27,177 bases of DNA from Thermoproteota archaeon (lineage in GTDB: Archaea; Asgardarchaeota; Njordarchaeia; Njordarchaeales; Panguiarchaeaceae). The notes beneath the pieces are model-generated. The model was not told the DNA's origin and searched no databases. It saw nothing but the letters and a program-made list of their open reading frames with translations. A program made the translations under genes and the position numbers. Location of the stretch: the NCBI GenBank assembly GCA_024720975.1, contig JANJXX010000011.1, positions 1-27,177 on the forward strand, given 5' to 3'. Shown in pieces: positions 8,073-17,639 of this stretch. Position 1 is the stretch's first letter, and the number at the start of each line of letters is the position of its first letter.

Positions 8073-10868
8073 TTGGTGGGTGGATTGAAAAAAGCGTTGT
8101 TAGTTTTCCTTCTCATTTGCTTACTTACCAGCCATCACGCGTGTACGCCTATCCTTACGGCTCCCGAAGATGCATTTAGAGAGCATCTACTAAATCATGG
8201 CAGTGTCCAGAGTGAAGTTGAAAACTACCATAAGGACCAAACAATTGAAAATTTGTCTATTACAGTGCACCCGATCTTGTTTGACATTGATTTTGATGGA
8301 CTTCCTGAATTGCTGATTCCGCTGAATGATACAATAGTAGCATATAGATACAACTCTACGGCAGCGGCGCTTAGTGAAATCTGGAAGACAAAGATTGGAG
8401 TTTCCAGAAATCTCACCTATAAGCCTAAGCTCAAGAATTGGGTTGAATCGGACAGGATAATACTTTCTCCTGTCTGTGCTGATTTTGACGGAGATGGTGA
8501 AATAGAAGTAGCTGTCGTCTGTAGTAGAAATGTAGCATTTCTCAGAGGCATCGACGGGAGTATCAAGAGAATTATTCCAATAGGCATTGAAGCTTTAAAT
8601 GTTACAGTTGCCGACATAGATTTAGATGGCGCTATAGATGTTGTGATAAAAACTAAAAAATCTGCCGAGCCAATAGCCTTTGTTAATATGTTACGAAATC
8701 CTCCAGAGCTTGGAAAAATGTACGAGGCTGGAATTCCGGGATATACCATACAAATAGTCCCGGTAGCAGAGTCGCTGGGATCACAGAATATAATATTGAT
8801 GCTTGTTTATGTACTAACAGACAGATTAGTCACAGCATACAAAAAAGGAGGGATTCTTTATAAAACCCAACTAACATTCGCGGGCGAGAAAATACTTCTC
8901 CAACCACTATATGGAAACTTCACCGGAAGGTCAAAGAGCGTATCGGAGCTTCTCCTATTCTTTAGCAATAGGATATCACTAGTGGTATTGCCTAACAGAA
9001 CAATACCACTGAACATAACAACAACTGATATACTACCTGTGATAAAGAGTGTAGTTAATGTTTCAAGTATATCATTCTCTCAACTTGTATCTTTACCACT
9101 TGTCGCAGATTTTGATAACGACTCTAAGGAAGACCTATTACTGTGGTTTAATGCAAGTGTTGGGAGTGATGTTGGATTAAGGACGGATGCTATAGTGTTA
9201 GTGAGAAACATAACATATGGTACCGCCGCTAATATTTCAATGCTCGCCAAGAATTTAACACTAGCAAAGAATGTGCTTGTGAAAAAGATACTGGCTGCAA
9301 ATGTGAATAATAGGTCATGTGCAATAGCACTCCTTAGTAATGGCACACTGCTTCTTATAGGGACAAACACCACCGACATGGAAACTACTATCTTTGTACA
9401 GAAAATAACAGACATATCTAATACTACAAGTTACCTGCTTTTAGGCGACATTGATGGCGATGGAAATAGTGAGTTAATATATGCGTCCAATGTCACGTTA
9501 GAAGTCCTTAATTTAAGTCATATACTGAACAGTAACGTAACTGGCCTTTGGGCTTATATTTACGGATCTGTCTGCAATCTGAACAAAATGATATCAAAAT
9601 TCGACTCTGACGTGGACGGACTTCCTGATGAATCTGATCCTGCACCATATGACTCAGACTTAGATAATGACATGGACTGTGATTATACAGAGTTAGTATT
9701 AGGACTGAATGTTACTGATAGTGATACAGATGACGACCTAATGGGCGATGGATTTGAGCTCATATACGGATTTGATCCTAAAAGAAATGATTCAAACATG
9801 AATAATGAACTAGATGGTTTAGAGGATCCCGATTCTGATGGATTGAGGAATTATGAAGAGTGGACTTACAAAACTAACCCGTCAAAGAATGATACAGATG
9901 GCGACAAAATCATAGATTTTGATGAAGTAAATGGCACATTAGGATTTCAAACTTCTCCGATCTCTTATGATACAGACAACGATGGGCTTCCTGATAAATG
10001 GGAAATAGATAATGGGTTTAATCCATTAGATCCTTCAGATGCTCTATTGGATGACGATGATGATGGACTAACGTTGTTTGGGGAGTATATATATAAAACG
10101 AACTATACAAACAAAGACACCGACCGCGATTTAATGTATGATGGCTATGAAGTCTACTATGGACTTAATCCCCTAGATTCAAGTGATGCAAGTGCAGATG
10201 ACGACAACGACGGCTTAATTAATATCAGGGAATTTGCACTGGGAACAGACCCTACGAAAAATGATACCGACAGTGATAAGATGCCTGACGGTTGGGAATG
10301 GCGATACGGTCTCAACCCACTCGATCCGTCAGATAATAGCACAGATTTGGATGACGATGGACTTATTAATGTGTTCGAGTATGGAAACAAAACGAACCCA
10401 AGAAAACCAGATACAGATGATGATGGAATGCCTGATCTATGGGAAATAATACACAAACTAGATCCGAACGATCCAGCAGATGCTTATAGAGACAATGATT
10501 TTGACTACTTGATAAACAAGCTTGAATATGTCTATAGCACAAATCCACTAGATCCAGATAGTGATAACGACGGACTACCAGACGGTCTTGAGATATTGAT
10601 AGGTACAAATCCATTAGATCCAGACAGTGATTGCGATGGACTACCAGATGGTCTTGAATTGGCACTTGGCGCAGACCCGCTAAAAAGTGACACGGATGGT
10701 GATGGATTAAGTGATAAGGAAGAAGTAGAGTTAGGTACCGACCCATTATCGCCCGAACGCAGCTTTGCAATACCCTACTCAGTTATAGCAGCTGTATTTA
10801 TAGTGATTATGCTTATAAGCTTAATCTTCTTTAAGCAACCTAAGGTAACAGTGAGGCTAGAATCCTGA
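8073..10868 (+). CDS. Large membrane-anchored surface glycoprotein: signal peptide, FG-GAP-like repeat head, TSP3-like Ca-binding repeat stalk, C-terminal TM
   Basis: KK plus hydrophobic N-terminus; five clear DxDxD-type loops in the first ~480 aa; many N-x-S/T sequons; long DxDxDG...E....T[ND]P repeat array; TM YSVIAAVFIVIMLISLIFF and short tail. Confidence 0.88.
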   Translation: MVGGLKKALLVFLLICLLTSHHACTPILTAPEDAFREHLLNHGSVQSEVENYHKDQTIENLSITVHPILFDIDFDGLPELLIPLNDTIVAYRYNSTAAALSEIWKTKIGVSRNLTYKPKLKNWVESDRIILSPVCADFDGDGEIEVAVVCSRNVAFLRGIDGSIKRIIPIGIEALNVTVADIDLDGAIDVVIKTKKSAEPIAFVNMLRNPPELGKMYEAGIPGYTIQIVPVAESLGSQNIILMLVYVLTDRLVTAYKKGGILYKTQLTFAGEKILLQPLYGNFTGRSKSVSELLLFFSNRISLVVLPNRTIPLNITTTDILPVIKSVVNVSSISFSQLVSLPLVADFDNDSKEDLLLWFNASVGSDVGLRTDAIVLVRNITYGTAANISMLAKNLTLAKNVLVKKILAANVNNRSCAIALLSNGTLLLIGTNTTDMETTIFVQKITDISNTTSYLLLGDIDGDGNSELIYASNVTLEVLNLSHILNSNVTGLWAYIYGSVCNLNKMISKFDSDVDGLPDESDPAPYDSDLDNDMDCDYTELVLGLNVTDSDTDDDLMGDGFELIYGFDPKRNDSNMNNELDGLEDPDSDGLRNYEEWTYKTNPSKNDTDGDKIIDFDEVNGTLGFQTSPISYDTDNDGLPDKWEIDNGFNPLDPSDALLDDDDDGLTLFGEYIYKTNYTNKDTDRDLMYDGYEVYYGLNPLDSSDASADDDNDGLINIREFALGTDPTKNDTDSDKMPDGWEWRYGLNPLDPSDNSTDLDDDGLINVFEYGNKTNPRKPDTDDDGMPDLWEIIHKLDPNDPADAYRDNDFDYLINKLEYVYSTNPLDPDSDNDGLPDGLEILIGTNPLDPDSDCDGLPDGLELALGADPLKSDTDGDGLSDKEEVELGTDPLSPERSFAIPYSVIAAVFIVIMLISLIFFKQPKVTVRLES
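9603..10757 (+). repeat. Coding tandem array of DxDxDG Ca-binding repeats (4 x 49-aa two-part units, then 22-aa units)
   Basis: 147-nt period across 9969-10556; 66-nt period from 10539, with 10539-10591 versus 10605-10657 identical at 47 of 53 nt. Confidence 0.9.
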
Positions 10869-10894
10869 TAGTATTTTTACGCTCTCTTACTAAA

Positions 10895-10933
10895 TTATAA
10901 ACTCTCAACTGTAGTAGTATCTTTCAAGATACT
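10895..10933 (+). promoter_or_regulatory. cdc48 promoter: TATA-like box plus palindromic operator candidate
   Basis: TTATAAAC at 10895-10902; perfect inverted repeat AGTATCTT-tc-AAGATACT at 10916-10933. Confidence 0.55.
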
Positions 10934-10976
10934 CAAGTTTGTGCTTAAGTTTCCGTTTCATTTTTGGTGTACTGAC

Positions 10977-13211
10977 TTGAACGAAGAACCTCGAAAAAGA
11001 AAATTTCTGAGGGTTACTAGCATAAACAATCCTGACTACTTCGGGCGTGCACTGGGAATAATACATATAAAAGACGCTAGGGACCTTGGCATTGATAGCG
11101 GAGACTTCATCGCAATTAAGGGGGAGAGGAAGACTGTTGTAAGAGCATTTGCAGGTGCCCTGACTCCAATAGGAACTATAGCCTTGGACCCTATAGTCAG
11201 AACAAATGCAGGAGTTCGAACTGATGAGTATGTAGAGGTGCATAAAGCAAAAGTAGCCGATGCAACATTTGTTCGTTTTGCACCCGTGGAAAGTATCTCT
11301 TTTCTTGACACAGAACGTATGTCCGATTTTCTAAAGAAATATGCATCAACGTATGTGATTCCATTAGCTCCTGAAGATCAAATCGAGATAAGATACTTCG
11401 GGCAGAGGTTCTATTTTGCAGTGATAAAGGTAGAACCCTCCGATGTCGATGCCGTTCTTATGACACATAATACGCATGTAGAAGTATTATCTCAACCAAT
11501 GGCAGGAGTTAGACAGGTTCCCAAAGTAACGTGGGAGGACATAGGAGATCTAGAATACGCTAAACAAAGACTCAGAGAGCTAGTAGAACTACCATTGAAA
11601 TATCCAGAATTGTTCAGGAGACTTGGCATTGAGCCCCCAAAGGGAGTTCTATTATACGGACCTCCTGGCTGTGGAAAAACGTTACTAGCAAAAGCAGTGG
11701 CTAATGAAGTAAATGCAGCTTTCTTTGTTATTAACGGTCCAGAGATAATGTCTAAATGGTATGGAGAAAGTGAAAGGAGGCTTAGAGAAATCTTCCATAA
11801 AGCGGAGGAGAGTGCGCCAAGTATAATATTTATCGACGAGATAGATGCGATAGCTCCAAAAAGAGCTGAAGTTACAGGTGAAGTCGAAAAAAGAGTCGTA
11901 TCCCAATTGCTTACCCTGATGGACGGATTGAGATCTAGGGGGCACGTTATAGTGATAGGTGCGACAAATAGGCCTGAGGATCTGGATCCAGCTTTGAGAA
12001 GACCCGGGCGATTTGACAGGGAAATAGAGATAACCGTCCCAAATAGACAAGCAAGATTAGAGATTCTTAAAGTGCACACGAGAGGTGTTCCTTTGGCGCC
12101 AAATGTTTCCCTAGAGAAGTTGGCAGAGATAACCCATGGATATACTGGCGCAGATCTTGCAGCACTCGTGAGAGAAGCTGGCATGTCTGCTCTTCGCAGA
12201 GTTTTACCAAAGTTAGACCTTAAAAAGAAACAGCTAGATCCACAAGTGCTGGAGGAGCTTGTAGTAACGATGGATGACTTCAATAACGCTATGAAGGAAG
12301 TTAAACCATCGGGATTGAGAGAAGTAGCCATTGAGATACCCTATGTGAGGTGGAGCGACATAGGTGGACTTGAGGAAGTGAAAAAGCGCTTACAAGAGAT
12401 GGTTGAGTGGCCATTGAAATATGGTGACATATTTGAATACTCAGGACTAGAACCACCGAAGGGAATCTTGCTATATGGGCCTCCTGGAACTGGAAAAACG
12501 CTGTTGGCAAAAGCTGTAGCAACAGAATCACAGGCAAACTTTATAGCTGTGCGTGGACCCGAGGTCCTAAGTAAATGGGTCGGAGAAAGTGAAAAGCGCA
12601 TACGCGAGATCTTTAGAAAAGCAAGAACGTATGCTCCATGCATTATTTTCCTCGATGAAATAGACTCTATAGCGCCCAGGCGAGGCTTAGGAATTGGCGA
12701 TTCAAGAGTAACTGAGCGCATAGTTTCAACACTCTTAAGCGAGCTTGATGGTATAACCTCACTCAAAGATGTTGTTGTAATTGCTGCTACAAATCGCATC
12801 GATGTGCTTGACCCGGCACTCTTACGTCCCGGCAGGTTTGACCGGATAGTTGAGGTGCCCCTACCTGACCTCAGAGCCAGAGAAGAAATCTTTAAGGTAC
12901 ATCTTAGAAAGCATACTAATGTCTTAACAGAACCAATGGAAGATATCGCGAGAGAGCTTGCGAAAGAGACTGATGGATTCTCAGGAGCTGATATAGCAGG
13001 TGTTGTTCGTGAGGCCGTAATGGCGGCATTAAGAGAGTTCATTTCTAAAGCTGGAAACCCGGAAAGGATTTCAACGATACTTAAAGAAAAACCCAAATTT
13101 GTCACAATAGAGCACTTCCGAATGGCCATAAGAATGTTAAAGAAAACGAAAAGAGTTGCTGCACCAGAAGAGGAATGGAAACGCTATCAAATTCCAGCAG
13201 AATACGTCTAG
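10977..13211 (+). CDS. cdc48: Cdc48/VCP/p97-family AAA+ ATPase
   Basis: N domain plus two AAA modules: [24 protein letters not shown] and [26 protein letters not shown] 10977 after SD GGTG is preferred to GTG 10941. Confidence 0.97.
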   Translation: MNEEPRKRKFLRVTSINNPDYFGRALGIIHIKDARDLGIDSGDFIAIKGERKTVVRAFAGALTPIGTIALDPIVRTNAGVRTDEYVEVHKAKVADATFVRFAPVESISFLDTERMSDFLKKYASTYVIPLAPEDQIEIRYFGQRFYFAVIKVEPSDVDAVLMTHNTHVEVLSQPMAGVRQVPKVTWEDIGDLEYAKQRLRELVELPLKYPELFRRLGIEPPKGVLLYGPPGCGKTLLAKAVANEVNAAFFVINGPEIMSKWYGESERRLREIFHKAEESAPSIIFIDEIDAIAPKRAEVTGEVEKRVVSQLLTLMDGLRSRGHVIVIGATNRPEDLDPALRRPGRFDREIEITVPNRQARLEILKVHTRGVPLAPNVSLEKLAEITHGYTGADLAALVREAGMSALRRVLPKLDLKKKQLDPQVLEELVVTMDDFNNAMKEVKPSGLREVAIEIPYVRWSDIGGLEEVKKRLQEMVEWPLKYGDIFEYSGLEPPKGILLYGPPGTGKTLLAKAVATESQANFIAVRGPEVLSKWVGESEKRIREIFRKARTYAPCIIFLDEIDSIAPRRGLGIGDSRVTERIVSTLLSELDGITSLKDVVVIAATNRIDVLDPALLRPGRFDRIVEVPLPDLRAREEIFKVHLRKHTNVLTEPMEDIARELAKETDGFSGADIAGVVREAVMAALREFISKAGNPERISTILKEKPKFVTIEHFRMAIRMLKKTKRVAAPEEEWKRYQIPAEYV

Positions 13212-13402
13212 TATTGAGTAATCTCTGCCAAATTTTTTCTAGTTGAAGTTCTTTACTAGTCATTAATGCGTCTAGTTCTTAGCGTCTTAGAAATTCTATA
13301 ATGAGCTCTTAGAGCGCTTAATATGCGACAATTTTTGGTTCCATTCATTGAATATTAAAGCATGATTTCAGAAGATATTTAGATGCATGGTAAGTGATAA
13401 AA

Positions 13403-13894
13403 ATGTCAGTAAAGCTTGAAGTTGTGGACATAAAATTTCCGGAAGGTGTCTCTGTAATAATTGGTCAAGCTCACTTTATGAAGACTGTCGTTGATTTATA
13501 TGAGGCGTTGGCGACATCCCATCCGCAACTTAAGTTTGGAGTTGCCTTCAACGAGTCATCAGCTGAACGAAGAATATTCTATGAGGGTAACGATGATGAG
13601 TTGAAAAAGCTAGCTGTGGAAATAGCAAAAAACCTTGGTGCTGGTCATATCTTTGTTGTGGCAATTAGAAATGGCTGGCCAATAAATGTACTTAACCGCA
13701 TCAAAATGGTCCAGGAAGTGTGCACAATATTCTGCGCAACATCGAATCAGCCACTTCAAATTATCGTAGCTGAGACAGATATAGGTCGTGCTATACTTGG
13801 AGTTGTTGATGGATACTCACCAATACGTGTCGAGAACGAAGAAGATCGAAAGTGGCGCATAGAATTCCTGAAAAAGTTAGGTTACAAACTTTAG
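13403..13894 (+). CDS. DUF355 / adenosine-specific kinase family (Ta1353-like) protein
   Basis: IIGQAHFxKTVxDLYEAL, FGVAFNESS, GAGHIF, WPINVLNRIK.V.EVC.IFCAT.N, GRAILGVVDG.SP, C-terminal GYKL. Confidence 0.92.
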   Translation: MSVKLEVVDIKFPEGVSVIIGQAHFMKTVVDLYEALATSHPQLKFGVAFNESSAERRIFYEGNDDELKKLAVEIAKNLGAGHIFVVAIRNGWPINVLNRIKMVQEVCTIFCATSNQPLQIIVAETDIGRAILGVVDGYSPIRVENEEDRKWRIEFLKKLGYKL

Positions 13895-14835
13895 AGACGC
13901 TTTGTAATCTTAATTGGTATTCTCTCACCGCACACAGAGCATGCATCTCCCTTTAAATTAATCTTCCTAACTTTCCAGCCAAAGCGTTTAATTTGTAGAT
14001 GTCCATTTGGACAAAAAGTATCGCAATAAGGGCTTATCCAAATATCAGCATACACATAGTTAAGGAACTGTTTTGCAATGTTATAGTATCGCACAATATC
14101 CTCTGTTCGAGTAGGCCTCCTCTCAAGTTCAACGAAGCCTCGTCTGAAGCGTTTAATATGCAAGGGAATATTTTTATTGACTAGGCCTATAAATCTCAGA
14201 AAGTTGACAAATTCATTCTCGCTAGTTACACCCGGTATTATATAGAACTCTACCTCTAAAAGCTTACCTCTAAAATTAGCTTCGATGATCAGCTCCCTAG
14301 CATACGAGTATGCATCCGGGAAGGGTGTCATACGCGCATAACTTGACTCCGAGAAACCTATCAGACGCAGAAGAATTGCGTCGAGATTGCTTATATAGCT
14401 AACTAGTGAATCTTTGGAGATAAAACCATTTGTTACCGCTATTATGTTACTAAATCTTTTGAGATCACTGATTAATTCCAAATCAAGAGCACTATTGCAA
14501 TAAAGAGCAACCGCATGCACTCCGTGGTTCTCCACAAAGTTAAGGATTTCAGTCATCAATGTGTATTTATTTGCTTCTTTGATAACCCAAGGTGAGTAAA
14601 CTATCCTAAATTCTGGACAGAATGAACAAAACAAGTTGCATCCGGAGGTTACAACTAGAGCTATGGGCGATGCCGGACAATAATGATAAAATCCAATGCG
14701 CTCTGGTGTTGAATTAGTGATTTTGTAATTTCTGTACACCCTTGACCATGTGTGCGAATCAAAACCCATGCATACACTTACATTTTTGCATTTAATTGGA
14801 CATATTTCACATCTTCGTGTGCTTATAATTATCAC
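13891..14835 (-). CDS. Radical SAM protein, AmmeMemoRadiSam enzyme (AmrS)/PflA-like, divergent
   Basis: N-terminal CxxCPxxC, FYHYCP, GCNLFCSFC (CxxxCxxC), VTNGFI, IIPG, IPLH..RF, C-terminal TxCP...I.R.G...CxxCG..IP. Confidence 0.85.
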   Translation of the reverse strand: MIIISTRRCEICPIKCKNVSVCMGFDSHTWSRVYRNYKITNSTPERIGFYHYCPASPIALVVTSGCNLFCSFCPEFRIVYSPWVIKEANKYTLMTEILNFVENHGVHAVALYCNSALDLELISDLKRFSNIIAVTNGFISKDSLVSYISNLDAILLRLIGFSESSYARMTPFPDAYSYARELIIEANFRGKLLEVEFYIIPGVTSENEFVNFLRFIGLVNKNIPLHIKRFRRGFVELERRPTRTEDIVRYYNIAKQFLNYVYADIWISPYCDTFCPNGHLQIKRFGWKVRKINLKGDACSVCGERIPIKITKRL

Positions 14836-14919
14836 CGTGCTTAAAAAGGCAGCTAGATAGTGGCGTGCCTATTTATACCTAACTTTTATTTTCATCTAAT
14901 TACCTAGAGGTGGGTCTCA

Positions 14920-16698
14920 GTGCTATTTAAAGACTTCTGCGAGTACTTAAAATTACTCGAAAAAACGACAGAGCGTCTACGAATGGTCTCAATACTAGCT
15001 AACCTATTTAGAGAAATGTCGCCAGAAGAAATTCAAAAAGCAACATATCTACTTCTGGGCGAGCTCTATCCGGACTGGATGGGTCTTCCAGAGTTGGGAG
15101 TCGCTGAAAAAATGTGTTTGGAAGCCCTATCCAGAGCCAGTGGATTATCAAAGACTGAGTTAGAGAAGCTTTTAAAACAAACTGGTGACATCGGTGAGGC
15201 GGCCGAGAGAATCGCGCAGAGAAAAAAATTGACAGCGCTGATTACGCAACAATTAACCGTTTCTTCTGTTTATGATTCTTTAATCAAAATTGCAATGGCA
15301 ACGGGTCCAGGATCTCAAGACGTAAAAATACGGATACTTACTGGTCTCTTCCTCTCCGCTTCACCCATAGAAGCTCGCTATATAGCTAGAATCGTTCTTG
15401 GAACGACGCGTTTAGGAATTCAGGAGATGACAATCCTCGACGGACTGGCACAAGCCTTCTTTGGAACGAAGGAGAAGCGGCCTGTTATTGAGGAAGCGTT
15501 TAATAAGTATCCTGATATTGGATACATAGCCCTAATCACGGCAAAAGAGGGCGAGGGCGGACTAAGGAAAATCAAAGCCCAACCTGGTGTGCCAATAAGA
15601 CCCATGCTAGCGGAACGTCTAAGCGACCCCAAGGAAATCCTGGACAAAGTTGGAGGGGAAGCCTTAGCTGAGTATAAATACGATGGTGAGCGAGCGCAAA
15701 TTCATAAGAAAAATGGCAAAGTAGTGATATTTTCTCGAAGATTAGAAAACATAACGGAGCAGTATCCAGACGTTCAGAAGGCAATATTGGAAGCCATTCA
15801 GGCGGATTCGTTTATAGTCGAGGGTGAAATTGTCTGTGTTGATCCAGATACAGATGAGCTGAGACCATTCCAAGAATTAATGCATAGAAAGCGTAAGTAT
15901 GACATAGTACGCGCCATGCAGGAGTACCCAACGAAGGTATTCCTATTTGATTGCTTGTTCTTAGATGGACAAGAACTGCTAGATAAGCCATATCCTGAAA
16001 GACGAAAAATTCTGGAAAGCATTACAAAAATTACAGATTCTGTTCAGTTAACTAAAGCAAAAATTGTTAAATCGCCAGCTGACCTTGAAGAATTTATGAT
16101 GCAAGCCGTCGAGGATGGATGTGAAGGTATCATAGTTAAATCGATAAGAAGTGACGCTGTATATGAAGCAGGAGCCCGTGGTTGGAGATGGATAAAATAC
16201 AAGCGTGACTATAAGAGTGAAATGATTGACACAATAGACCTAGTAGTTGTTGGTGCATTCTACGGCAAGGGTAGAAGGTCTGGTACATACGGGGCACTGC
16301 TCTGTGCATCCTATAACCCAGAACAAGACGTGTTTGAAACAGTATGTAAAGTAGGCTCAGGCTTCACTGACACACAACTCGCAGAACTACCCAAGATTTT
16401 TGCTCCCTACGTAACAAAACAAAAGCCTCCTAATTTGCATGTCTCGGAAGCAATGGAGCCAGATGTTTGGATATATCCCAGAATTGTCATGGAGGTTTTG
16501 GGGGCAGAGATAACGTTATCACCTGTACATACCTGCGGAAAAGACCTTATCAAGAAGAATTTCAATAAGGAAGCAGGTCTTGCAGTTCGTTTTCCGCGTT
16601 TCATAAATTGGAGATTAGACAAAGGACCAACGGATGCAACAACAACTAAAGAAATATATGAGATGTATCTTCAGCAACTTAAGAAAGTTCAAACGTAA
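14920..16698 (+). CDS. lig: ATP-dependent DNA ligase (archaeal)
   Basis: PMLAERL, EYKYDGERAQIH, FSRRLE, EGEIV, FLFD, EGIIVK, WIKYKRDY, RFPRF..WR.DK; GTG start after SD GAGGTGG. Confidence 0.98.
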   Translation: MLFKDFCEYLKLLEKTTERLRMVSILANLFREMSPEEIQKATYLLLGELYPDWMGLPELGVAEKMCLEALSRASGLSKTELEKLLKQTGDIGEAAERIAQRKKLTALITQQLTVSSVYDSLIKIAMATGPGSQDVKIRILTGLFLSASPIEARYIARIVLGTTRLGIQEMTILDGLAQAFFGTKEKRPVIEEAFNKYPDIGYIALITAKEGEGGLRKIKAQPGVPIRPMLAERLSDPKEILDKVGGEALAEYKYDGERAQIHKKNGKVVIFSRRLENITEQYPDVQKAILEAIQADSFIVEGEIVCVDPDTDELRPFQELMHRKRKYDIVRAMQEYPTKVFLFDCLFLDGQELLDKPYPERRKILESITKITDSVQLTKAKIVKSPADLEEFMMQAVEDGCEGIIVKSIRSDAVYEAGARGWRWIKYKRDYKSEMIDTIDLVVVGAFYGKGRRSGTYGALLCASYNPEQDVFETVCKVGSGFTDTQLAELPKIFAPYVTKQKPPNLHVSEAMEPDVWIYPRIVMEVLGAEITLSPVHTCGKDLIKKNFNKEAGLAVRFPRFINWRLDKGPTDATTTKEIYEMYLQQLKKVQT

Positions 16699-16765
16699 AT
16701 ATAAACAGTTGATAAAAACTCAACACTTATCAGCTCTAAATGCTATTAACTCCTTGGTGAATGTT

Positions 16766-17128
16766 ATGAGCGCATTCATTATAGATACTTCTAGTATTGA
16801 ATTTCGTAAGGTTGAAATGGAGGGCGCAGAGCAGGCTTGGATGGCTTGGTTGATAAGCGAAGATAAAGCTCCAGTTTCATTTGCGATGAGGATATTTAAA
16901 ATAAAACCCGGCGGCCGCATCCCACTTCACACGCATTGGTATTACCATGAGATATTTTGTATTCAAGGAGAAGGCAAACTTGTTGTTGGTCCTCAGGAGT
17001 TCATTCTAAAAAAAGATATGGCAGCTTTTGTACCGCCCAATGTTCCACACTCATATGAGAACCTAGGCAGCGAAGATTGGGTCTTCATATGTGTTATTCC
17101 ACTTAAAAAAGAGCTAGAGAAGTTGTAG
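16766..17128 (+). CDS. Cupin domain protein
   Basis: PGGxIPLHTHxxxHE and PPNVPHxYxN motifs; ATG 16766 follows SD GGTGA, while the track start at 16634 overlaps the ligase. Confidence 0.9.
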   Translation: MSAFIIDTSSIEFRKVEMEGAEQAWMAWLISEDKAPVSFAMRIFKIKPGGRIPLHTHWYYHEIFCIQGEGKLVVGPQEFILKKDMAAFVPPNVPHSYENLGSEDWVFICVIPLKKELEKL

Positions 17129-17639
17129 ATTCGACTGGATGTAAATTCCTCCATAGTATTGCTCTTATTCCATGCCTTTTCGCCATTTCAATTACTTCCT
17201 CGTCATCATCGTGAAGCTCAATAATAGTCTCATTTGTCATAAGCCTACGAAGCATAAGTTCCTTAAACGCTGCTGCTTTGGTATATAGCCCTTTTTGTCG
17301 CAGGAAAATGTGGTCAATACGTATTTCTAGGTTAAGTTCAAGAGCTCTTTTCCTAACTAGACTTATTTGATACATTCCTATTGGTCGTATGGTTCCGGAA
17401 ATGATAGCTATTTTATACTTTTGTGATTTATTCGCCAGAATCATTAGCCCTAGATCATTTACCCTGTCAAGGCTTCTCGCAAGCTTTAGGTTAAGGAAAA
17501 TCTTCCAGAATTTTTTCCGCTCATGCTTTTTTAAATCAGCAATGCTTCTTGCTCCTGTAGCTCTTAGGGCATAATTTAGTCTCTCTGAATTATCTATTAG
17601 TACGCCCTCCAGGTCGAAGACTGCAACTGGCATGTTCAT
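17103..17639 (-). CDS. HAD-superfamily hydrolase
   Basis: Motif I VFDLEGVLID, motif II IISG, Lys in FKE, motif IV HDDD; start overlaps the stop of the M24 gene. Confidence 0.8.
   Translation of the reverse strand: MNMPVAVFDLEGVLIDNSERLNYALRATGARSIADLKKHERKKFWKIFLNLKLARSLDRVNDLGLMILANKSQKYKIAIISGTIRPIGMYQISLVRKRALELNLEIRIDHIFLRQKGLYTKAAAFKELMLRRLMTNETIIELHDDDEEVIEMAKRHGIRAILWRNLHPVESTTSLALF

Noticed and set aside
9603-10757. Repeats as a possible CRISPR array or DGR template/variable pair
   Set aside because: Repeats are in-frame protein repeats with mostly synonymous differences; no spacers, cas genes, reverse transcriptase or adenine-specific mismatch pattern.
8225-10770. Several short alternative-frame and antisense ORFs inside the surface-protein gene
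   Set aside because: By-products of the repetitive coding strand; no independent signals.
11036-13129. Long antisense ORFs (up to 279 and 262 aa) opposite cdc48
   Set aside because: Shadow ORFs of a conserved gene; Ser/Thr-rich with no motifs.
16634-16765. N-terminal extension of the cupin ORF
   Set aside because: Overlaps the ligase end; a good SD plus ATG at 16766 gives a normal-length cupin.
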